DNA from: a virus
Reading direction: 5' to 3' (one strand)
IMG/VR virus record: IMGVR_UViG_2706796521_000001
Span: 1-32,995 of that record
Length of the DNA stretch: 32,995 nucleotides
Of the stretch, positions 1 through 6,859 are shown piece by piece. Numbering within the stretch: position 1 is the first letter of the stretch; the number at the start of each line of letters is the position of its first letter. The position numbers were made by a program, and so were the translations under genes. Under the pieces are notes generated by a model that worked only from the letters and a program-made list of their open reading frames with translations, was not told the DNA's origin and ran no database searches.

Positions 1-86
1 AAAAAATGAAAAAAACTCCCATTTCCTTTTTACTACTCTACAATTATAAAACATTAAGAAGGTATTAGGAGTTTTTTTCATTTTTT
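1..86. other. Terminal hairpin (covalently closed end read through the loop)
   Basis: 1..19 (aaaaaatgaaaaaaactcc) is the exact reverse complement of 68..86. The inner 48 nt pair imperfectly around an axis at 43/44. Rudiviruses are known to have covalently closed ends. Confidence 0.8.
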
Positions 87-160
87 GCGTAAATTTCGCA
101 ACTAATGAGATAAATTGGAAATTCCAATTTTTTTCGTTTTTTTCGTTTTTTTCGCACCAA

Positions 161-545
161 AGTTAATAAATTGAAAATTCCTAAATTCCTAAATTCCAAT
201 TATTCTGTCATTTTGCGTAATTTTCAAAATAAAGTTAATAAATTGGAAGTTCCTAAATTCCAATTAATTCTACACCTTGTAAAAATATTCCAATAAGTTA
301 ACTAAATTGTAAATTCCTAAGTTCCTAAATTCCAATAAATTGTACACCTTGGAAATTTATTACAAAAAGTTAATAAAATTGAAAATTCCAAAATTCCAAT
401 TAATTGTTCACTTTGGAAAATTATTCCAATTAGTTATGTAAATTGGAAATTACAAAATTCCAAATATTCTATCATTTGTTGAAATTTATATTATAAAATT
501 GCTTAATTGTAAATTCCTAAATTCCAAATAATTATACATTTCCAG
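161..545. repeat. About 6 degenerate tandem repeats (63-72 bp units) within the ITR
   Basis: Units start agtta(a/t) at 161, 233, 296, 368 and 432, with a weaker unit near 498. Each contains aaatt(g/c)..aaattcc(t/a)aa(a/g)ttcc. Mirrored at the right end. Confidence 0.8.
175..195 (-). repeat. Conserved rudivirus terminal 21-mer AATTTAGGAATTTAGGAATTT
   Basis: aaattcctaaattcctaaatt at 175..195, mirror copy at 32801..32821. Matches the known conserved near-terminal motif of rudiviruses. Confidence 0.85.
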
Positions 546-1099
546 ATATATATATATTAGGAGCTATTAAATTATTAATTAATAATTAGGAGAAACCAAA
601 ACTTTTACGGCTGAAAATTATAAATATACTAAACATATTCGTATATTATAATATATTATATAATTTCCAAATTTTTAGTTTGCAATTAGTAATTTATGCT
701 TCAATTTTTTGCGTTTGCAATGGAGGAAATTGGAAGTTTAGAGAGAAAAGTTTAAATACTAGCAGAAGGCATTTAATTATGTTAGTGAGGACTATCCTTC
801 TTTTTTTTATTATTTTTTTATATATATTAATATTATTACAATCGTAATATCTTAATATTTATATATTTGTATATTATGCTAATTAGTTAATTAGTATATT
901 ATATATATTAGCTAATTAGCTAGATAGTAGTTATTAATTATATAATTATTCTTCAGTTCAAAATAGATTCTTTTAGACTTTTTCACCGCTCGTAATCAAT
1001 TTGTTTCATGCTAGGAATAAAAAGTGGCCTTTTTTAAAAAATTGGAGATAGAAAAATTGGAACCTTCAATTTATATATGCAGCGATGATAAAAATTGGA

Positions 1100-1192
1100 A
1101 ACTTCTTATTGAAAGTCGAGAGATACAAACGTAAAAAGTTGAAGAAAACTTTAAATACTAGTTTATGCATATATGATATCAAGGTGTAAGAA
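1100..1192 (+). promoter_or_regulatory. Early (anti-defence class) promoter of the HTH gene
   Basis: Purine-rich BRE region, TTTAAATA at 1150..1157, SD aggtg, ATG 43 nt after the TATA start. Confidence 0.85.
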
Positions 1193-1360
1193 ATGAAAAG
1201 ACAAGTAAGAGTTGGGAACACAATATATTACGTAGAAAGTGAGGATGATCTAGTTAGCGTGACTCACGAGCTAGCCCGACAGGGCATAAAAATTGAGAAA
1301 ATAGCGTATTTGTTGGGCGTTAGCGTGCGAAAAGTTCGCCAATATTTGGAGAGTTGTTAA
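1193..1360 (+). CDS. 55-aa helix-turn-helix protein, probable Acr-associated regulator (SIRV2 gp01 / Aca8-like); missed by the ORF track
   Basis: Own translation: MKRQVRVGNTIYYVESEDDLVSVTHELARQGIKIEKIAYLLGVSVRKVRQYLESC. HTH signature IAYLLGVSVRKVRQYL; 30/55 identical to the right-arm paralogue; directly upstream of acrID1. Confidence 0.9.
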   Translation: MKRQVRVGNTIYYVESEDDLVSVTHELARQGIKIEKIAYLLGVSVRKVRQYLESC

Positions 1361-1418
1361 GAAGTTAAGTTTTCTTTTTTTCTTCTTAGTTTCTAATGCT
1401 ATTTTTTTCTATTTTTTA

Positions 1419-1584
1419 TTTTCTCCTAATTAGCTAAGATTATGCTTAGTTTTTTTCAGGATTGTGATACTAATTCTAAAGGTTGAAAAAATTGAGAGGT
1501 GAAAAAATAAAGAGATAGAGAAGTAAAAAGATAGAGAAAGATTTAAATAGCAGAAGATACATAGATTATGTTGGGGAAAGAAAA
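1419..1584 (+). promoter_or_regulatory. Repeated upstream element plus early promoter of acrID1
   Basis: TAATTAGCTAA..TTTTTTTCA..GATACTAATTC block, then GTAAAAAGATAGAGAAAGATTTAAATA (TATA 1542..1549), SD gggga, ATG at +43. Confidence 0.85.
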
Positions 1585-1875
1585 ATGAATTACAAAGAAT
1601 TAGAAAAAATGTTAGATGTAATATTTGAAAATTCCGAAATAAAAGAAATAGATTTATTTTTTGATCCTGAGGTCGAAATTTCAAAGCAAGAGTTTGAAGA
1701 TCTTGTGAAAAATGCAGACCCTCTTCAAAAAGTTGTTGGAGACAATTATATAACAGAAACTTTTGAATGGTGGGAATTTGAAAATCAATACTTAGAGTTT
1801 GAACTTGATTATTATGTCAAAGATGAGAAAATATTTGTTTTAGAAATGCATTTTTGGAGGAAAATTAGAAAGTAA
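1585..1875 (+). CDS. acrID1: Anti-CRISPR AcrID1 (type I-D inhibitor, binds Cas10d)
   Basis: 96-aa acidic protein MNYKELEKMLDVIFENSEIKEIDLFF...LEMHFWRKIRK, recognised as the rudiviral AcrID1 sequence; terminal location, early promoter, HTH neighbour. Confidence 0.88.
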   Translation: MNYKELEKMLDVIFENSEIKEIDLFFDPEVEISKQEFEDLVKNADPLQKVVGDNYITETFEWWEFENQYLEFELDYYVKDEKIFVLEMHFWRKIRK

Positions 1876-2068
1876 TCCTATTTTTTTAATTTTTTAATTT
1901 CATTTTAATTTTCTCTTTTTCTTTTTCTTCTTACTAACTAAAACTATGAACTATTTTTTTCAAAATTGTAATATTATTCCAGTTAGTTGAAAAAATGGAG
2001 AGATGAAATGATAAATAAAAATTTAAAAATGTCATAATCTAAAAGAAAATATAGAGGTGAGAAAAAGT

Positions 2069-2377
2069 ATGAATAAAGATATGGAAGAAGTAATAGATAC
2101 AGTTCAAAGATTAATACAAGAAAATATAATCGGTGAGAAAGTTGTCAGTTTTGAAAATTCAATAGACTTACACATTCAAGAATTCGAATGGGTGATAGAA
2201 GTTTTAATTTATGCAGATGTTAAACATTACTGGTTTACTATCGGGCGTGAAAAAAAGAGATATGATATATTTATTTTTGATAATACTAGAGAATTAAAAC
2301 GAATTATTATTGAAAGTCATTTTAATGTTGAAAGAATTTTTATTGATTCAATACAATTAATTAGATATCCAAGATAA
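2069..2377 (+). CDS. Hypothetical early protein (102 aa), candidate anti-defence gene
   Basis: ORF from the track. Start moved to ATG 2069 because GTG 2057 lies within the SD gaggtg. Own TATA+GTC promoter at 2022..2033; T-rich terminator follows. Confidence 0.8.
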   Translation: MNKDMEEVIDTVQRLIQENIIGEKVVSFENSIDLHIQEFEWVIEVLIYADVKHYWFTIGREKKRYDIFIFDNTRELKRIIIESHFNVERIFIDSIQLIRYPR

Positions 2378-2400
2378 TTTTGTTTTTTTCTTTTTTTCTA

Positions 2401-2504
2401 ATTAGCTAATTCTATCTTTAATTTTTTTCAAGTTTGGAATGATAATTCTATTTTTTAGCAATTTCCTAGAATGAAAATTTAAAATTGTCATAGTTTTATC
2501 GAAA
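2401..2504 (+). repeat. 104-bp direct repeat, copy 1 (upstream element plus TATA-GTC promoter)
   Basis: Near-identical to 3829..3932; 63-bp exact core at 2442..2504. Confidence 0.9.
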
Positions 2505-2520
2505 TTTATTAGTGAGAAAT

Positions 2521-2862
2521 ATGGGCTATCAAGATATTCCAAATGAAATAATTAAACTAAGCGAAAAATATGTGAAAATTGTCGGAGAAAGAAAAAATAT
2601 ATTTAAAACTTTAAGAAGAAAAAGTATCGAAAAAAAGATAATAGAAAAATTTGAAAAATTTTGTGATATAATTCCATTATATATACTTGAAAATATACTT
2701 AAACCAAATAATGTTTTTGAATATAGTTTCGAAAAAAGTTATAAAAACAAAAGTGAGAAAATTGAAGTTATTACTAAAGCTAGACTAAAATTTAAATATG
2801 AAAATTATGAATTAAAATTATTAAGTGTTAAATTTGAAAAATCAATTAATCTAATTTCATAA
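2521..2862 (+). CDS. Hypothetical early protein (113 aa), paralogue of 30584..30907
   Basis: ATG 2521 is 43 nt from TATA 2478. Shares N-terminal helix and C-terminal LKL..(V/I)..EK with the right-arm 107-aa ORF. Confidence 0.8.
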   Translation: MGYQDIPNEIIKLSEKYVKIVGERKNIFKTLRRKSIEKKIIEKFEKFCDIIPLYILENILKPNNVFEYSFEKSYKNKSEKIEVITKARLKFKYENYELKLLSVKFEKSINLIS

Positions 2863-2993
2863 TTTTTTTATTAGGAATACTATTTCTAAAAGTTAAAAAA
2901 TCAGAGAGATGAAAAAATAGAGAGATAGAGATGTAAAAAGATAGAGAAAGCTTTATATAGTAGTTTGACAAATATAATATTGAGGTAAGAAAG

Positions 2994-3389
2994 ATGAGTC
3001 AAGAAATCGAATTTCCCGTAAATATAAATTTAGAAAGTCAAGAAGAAAAAATTCAACCGCAAGTCAAGAAGTTATACAAATTTTTTAATTACGTGAGTAA
3101 CTACCATAATGGGAAAATTGATACTATGACGACTCAAAGTTACCTATATTTATTCGTTAGAGACGGTGCCATTAAGGTTGATTATGATGGCGAAATTTCA
3201 ATAGAGACGACGGGTCTAAATATTTCAATTTGGGTCAATAGAGTAGAAAAAGAAGTAGAAATTAACGGTAATGCTAATGGATACGAGTTTAATATACAAT
3301 TTACCGGAAAAGTAAAAGTAAGGACAGAAGAAAATAGACTTGTATTGACGTTAAAGCCTGAGACAATTCCTCAAATTACAACTCATTAA
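2994..3389 (+). CDS. Hypothetical beta-rich early protein (131 aa), candidate anti-defence gene
   Basis: ORF from the track; early promoter TATA 2952..2959, SD gaggt, T-rich terminator 3395..3450. Confidence 0.85.
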   Translation: MSQEIEFPVNINLESQEEKIQPQVKKLYKFFNYVSNYHNGKIDTMTTQSYLYLFVRDGAIKVDYDGEISIETTGLNISIWVNRVEKEVEINGNANGYEFNIQFTGKVKVRTEENRLVLTLKPETIPQITTH

Positions 3390-3612
3390 TCATTTTTTAT
3401 TTTCTTTTTTTATTTTCTATTATTTTCTTCTTTTTTATGTTTTTTGTTTTTCTATAATTAGCCAATTCTCTCGATTGTTTTTTTCAAGTTTGTGATACTA
3501 ATTCAAGAGGTTGAAAATATAGAGACATAAAAAGTTAGAGAGATACAAACGTAAAAAGATAGAGAAAACTTTAAATATTAGTTTTTACATATATAAGAAT
3601 GAGGTAAGAAAA

Positions 3613-3759
3613 ATGAAAACGAAAATGAGTAAGAAAGAAAACAAAAAGAATAAAGTTTATTTTTGCAGAATGTGTAGTTTTGTAGCTACAGATTTAGATG
3701 AGTTAGATTTTCACTATAAGATGAGTCATGAATCATTTGATGAAGACTCTTTTTGGTAA
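3613..3759 (+). CDS. 48-aa C2H2 zinc-finger microprotein; missed by the ORF track
   Basis: Own translation: MKTKMSKKENKKNKVYFCRMCSFVATDLDELDFHYKMSHESFDEDSFW (C-x2-C-x12-H-x4-H). Early promoter TATA 3570..3577, SD gaggt, terminator downstream. Confidence 0.8.
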   Translation: MKTKMSKKENKKNKVYFCRMCSFVATDLDELDFHYKMSHESFDEDSFW

Positions 3760-3828
3760 GCTTTAAGTTATTTTATTTTTTATTTTCTCTTTCTAATTCT
3801 TCTTTTATATGTTTTTTCTTTTTCTATA

Positions 3829-3932
3829 ATTAACTAATTCTATCTTTAATTTTTCTCAAGTTCGGAATAATAATTCTATTTTTTAGCAATTTCCTAGAAT
3901 GAAAATTTAAAATTGTCATAGTTTTATCGAAA
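3829..3932 (+). repeat. 104-bp direct repeat, copy 2
   Basis: Near-identical to 2401..2504. Confidence 0.9.
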
Positions 3933-3948
3933 ACATAGTGAGAAAAAA

Positions 3949-4266
3949 ATGGAATTTGAAGATTTAGATGTAGTTCTATATGTATTTTTTGAAAATCAAG
4001 AAATGAAAAGTTTTGAATTTGAATTTAAAGAATTATTTGAAATTACTGAAAATGGATTAAGATATCTTGTAGGAGTTCCAGATTCAAGAAATAAAATCAA
4101 GAGTAATAGCGAAATTATTGAAGAATTTATATATTATCAGAATGATAATATTGTTATTAAGTTGACATTTTATTATACTAAAGACACGAATAAAATTTAT
4201 ATAAGAAAAATTTACGGTTGGAGAGAGAAAAGATCAGAATCTGAGAATGAAGAAGACAATATTTAA
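3949..4266 (+). CDS. AcrID1-family paralogue (105 aa)
   Basis: MEFEDLDVVLYVFFENQEMKSFEFEF and YYTKDTNKIYIRKIYGWRE parallel the AcrID1 N- and C-terminal motifs. Confidence 0.8.
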   Translation: MEFEDLDVVLYVFFENQEMKSFEFEFKELFEITENGLRYLVGVPDSRNKIKSNSEIIEEFIYYQNDNIVIKLTFYYTKDTNKIYIRKIYGWREKRSESENEEDNI

Positions 4267-4287
4267 GTATGCTATTTGATTAATTTA

Positions 4288-5220
4288 TTATTCTTCTAAT
4301 TCAATTTCCAAATCATTATTACTTTTCTTTATATTTTGTGGCTTATTTTTCTTTATTTCACTTGCAATTTTATAGTTTTGAATTATCTCATTAACTAGAC
4401 TATCTAGTCCCATTTTTTTTAATTTCTTAGCATATATCGTATATTTATTTTCAATATTCCAATTATTATATTTTAAAATCCAAGCATTTATAGTTTGTAA
4501 AATTTTTACATTTGAAAGATCATATTCAAATGGAAAATTTGTCTTATCTAAAAATTCATATAATAGTTCTTCTTCTTCTTTTGTTAATGTTCTTTTTTTT
4601 CTATCGCCTACATATCTTCTAGAACCATCAAACCAAAAGATCTCTCTGAAACCTGAAATTCTTGTATAAGTTGAAGTATCCATAGAATTAGCATTATCAA
4701 AAGTTTGGAGAAAATATGGAGCAGACATTCCTAGAACATGAAGTTTTTTTGTGTATTTTCTTAGATAATAATACCAAGGAAATGTATAGATTAAAATTTT
4801 TAATTTACTAGATGCAATTATTCCGCCAAATGCTATATAATCAGTGTATTGTTTATAAAAATCTAAGGCTTCATCTACTTCTCTAATTGGATATAAATGT
4901 ATAACTGGGATAATTCTTTCTATATATTCAATTTTAGTATATAGATATTCGAAATATTCGAAATTCTTTCTATTTAATGGTTCAAAAATAGATGGAATAT
5001 CAAGAGAAAAAAATGCATAAGCATTATATGTTTTATATTTTTCTAATACATCTTTTACTGAAATTTTCAAATTGTAAAGGCTAATTTGATAACCGCCACT
5101 GTCAACCCAAGTTTCATTTTTCCAAGTTATTTTTTTGTTATGTAATTGATTAATCAAAACTGGAAAATTTGTCTTGAGTAATAGTTCTTTTGATGATGTT
5201 ATTTCAAATACTAATTTCAT
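4288..5220 (-). CDS. tRNA-guanine transglycosylase (TGT/DpdA-like) family protein, 310 aa
   Basis: TGT-fold motifs WVDSGGYQ, FSLDIP, PVIH, IAFGG, HVLGM, SMDTS. No zinc-binding Cys cluster seen. Confidence 0.8.
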   Translation of the reverse strand: MKLVFEITSSKELLLKTNFPVLINQLHNKKITWKNETWVDSGGYQISLYNLKISVKDVLEKYKTYNAYAFFSLDIPSIFEPLNRKNFEYFEYLYTKIEYIERIIPVIHLYPIREVDEALDFYKQYTDYIAFGGIIASSKLKILIYTFPWYYYLRKYTKKLHVLGMSAPYFLQTFDNANSMDTSTYTRISGFREIFWFDGSRRYVGDRKKRTLTKEEEELLYEFLDKTNFPFEYDLSNVKILQTINAWILKYNNWNIENKYTIYAKKLKKMGLDSLVNEIIQNYKIASEIKKNKPQNIKKSNNDLEIELEE

Positions 5221-5228
5221 ATAACTTT

Positions 5229-6428
5229 CTATTTTGGTATGACATTTATTTTATTTCTTCTTAATAAGTATACTATAGATCCTATTATTGGTATTATTAT
5301 AATTCTTAATATTGTATCTTCTATATTTCCAGAGATTACAAATTTATAAAATATTGGATTTTGATATCCTAAGTAGAAGAATAGAAATATCTGAATTGCT
5401 AAAGATGTTAGAACTATAGAAAATAATTTTTTATCATTCATGAGTTTCAAATATGCAAATGCTACAATTATGAAATTCCAGAAGATGAACAATAAACCAT
5501 CAAGTCCAAAAGATATATTAAATCCAAGTAGATTTTCTAGAACATTTGCTATTGTTTCTGTCGCAAAAATCAATAATAAAATATTTGGATTTATTTTGCT
5601 AAATGTTTCAGGTAATACTTTATCGAAACTCATAGTTTGAATTAATCTACTTTGGATTTTATTTGCAATTGGCATGTAACTAAAGAACCAAATTGGCATT
5701 AATGCAAACAATATTGACAAATTTGAATAGCTATCTAGAATTGAAAGTATCACGACTACTAAATAGCTTACAAAATATCCGACCATACTAGATTTTTTAA
5801 TATTTTTTATTTCTCCAGCTATGTAACTGATTGCATTTATGAATATAAACGCTGATAAATCAAATAGTAATGCAGATAATAAAGTATTAGAAATTGTGAA
5901 GTTTTGATATTGAAAATTAAATGATTTAAAAACTATAAATAATGCTACTATTATTTGTGCAATTGCTAATATATCAACAATTTTTGCATATATTCTCTTA
6001 TTAGCGATAATTAGTAAAACAATAGGAAATAAAGATTCAACAATTAGAAATTGTTCAAATTGATTTTGAATATTAAAGTTTAAGAGTACAAGATCACCTA
6101 AGATTGGTTGAGATAGTACATATGTTAACCATAATGAAATTCCAAAAATTGTAAAGAATTTTGAAGAAAATGCAGTTCTAATATATGCATAATCACCGCC
6201 ATTAAGTGGATATTTTGTTGTTAAACGATAATACATTAATAATAGTGGAATTTCAAATACTGCTCCAATTAAAATTGCGTATAATAAGTTAACATTTTTT
6301 AGCAAACTACTGACAAATAATGGATAACTTATCCCGCTTAAAATTCCTATATAGAGAAGATTTATTGAAAAAATATCTAGGATATTAAATGATTTTACAA
6401 TTCCAGAACTTTTTCTTTCAAGTTCCAT
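5229..6428 (-). CDS. APC-superfamily amino-acid permease-like membrane protein, 399 aa
   Basis: About 11-12 hydrophobic segments; ELERKSSGIVKSF start, P..GGDYAYI motif and R....MSFDKVLP.F.KI motif typical of APC transporters. Confidence 0.8.
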   Translation of the reverse strand: MELERKSSGIVKSFNILDIFSINLLYIGILSGISYPLFVSSLLKNVNLLYAILIGAVFEIPLLLMYYRLTTKYPLNGGDYAYIRTAFSSKFFTIFGISLWLTYVLSQPILGDLVLLNFNIQNQFEQFLIVESLFPIVLLIIANKRIYAKIVDILAIAQIIVALFIVFKSFNFQYQNFTISNTLLSALLFDLSAFIFINAISYIAGEIKNIKKSSMVGYFVSYLVVVILSILDSYSNLSILFALMPIWFFSYMPIANKIQSRLIQTMSFDKVLPETFSKINPNILLLIFATETIANVLENLLGFNISFGLDGLLFIFWNFIIVAFAYLKLMNDKKLFSIVLTSLAIQIFLFFYLGYQNPIFYKFVISGNIEDTILRIIIIPIIGSIVYLLRRNKINVIPK

Positions 6429-6471
6429 AAGCTCTTGTGCAGTTTAAGACATAAATAAAGACTCAAAACTA

Positions 6472-6489
6472 ATACATAATATAATGTAT
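6472..6489. promoter_or_regulatory. Palindromic operator-like motif ATACAT-N6-ATGTAT
   Basis: ATACAT-AATATA-ATGTAT upstream of the permease/TGT pair; related copies at 6586, 11525, 14332 and 20747. Confidence 0.6.
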
Positions 6490-6664
6490 ATGATGTCTCC
6501 TTTTTGTAAGTAAAACTTCATTAAATTCTTATTGACAATAACAAAATTTTTTTATATAAATTTCATAGCAAGTAAATCAAACCATATACATTATATAATA
6601 TATATGATATATAGCTTTAGAAATAAGTTGATAAAAAAAAGAAAATATCTTTAATTTGGTTTTT

Positions 6665-6835
6665 TTAACCGCCTCGTTTTTGCAAATACTCTCTTATTGC
6701 TTCTTCTATAGCTTGAGTTAATTGAAGATTATTTTTTGCACAGTATACTTTCAGTCTAGTTTTCAAATCCTTGTCCATATAAATTCCAAATACTGCTTTT
6801 TGCTTCTTTTTTTGACTCTGTTCTTGAGTTTGCAT
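6665..6835 (-). CDS. svtR: Ribbon-helix-helix transcription regulator SvtR (56 aa)
   Basis: MQTQEQSQKKKQKAVFGIYMDKDLKTRLKVYCAKNNLQLTQAIEEAIREYLQKRGG, recognised as SIRV SvtR (ORF56b); start shifted to the second Met. Confidence 0.88.
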   Translation of the reverse strand: MQTQEQSQKKKQKAVFGIYMDKDLKTRLKVYCAKNNLQLTQAIEEAIREYLQKRGG

Positions 6836-6859
6836 TTTTCCTCGTTTGTTCATTTTGAT

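Larger units (their letters stand above)
1..1136. repeat. Left inverted terminal repeat (ITR), 1136 bp
   Basis: Position i is complementary to position 32996-i at every point checked. The match breaks at 1137 (left cgtaaaaagtt vs right cgtaaaagttt). Confidence 0.97.

Noticed and set aside
1-19. Shared TGAAAAAAACT between the terminal stem and the cassette upstream element
   Set aside because: Mostly an A-run in a very AT-rich genome; too weak to support a shared function.
161-545. Possible CRISPR mini-array in the ITR
   Set aside because: Units are degenerate along their whole length with no identical repeat or unique spacer pattern.
1430-1684. 84-aa minus-strand ORF
   Set aside because: Antisense shadow of the purine-rich promoter cassette and acrID1; F/L/S-rich low-complexity translation.
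5440-5640. 66-aa plus-strand ORF
   Set aside because: Entirely antisense within the permease gene; no promoter or SD.
6429-6664. Possible 25-aa minus-strand ORF (MKFYLQKGD...) in the intergenic region
   Set aside because: No SD or promoter spacing, and it overlaps the operator palindrome and permease promoter; likely chance.
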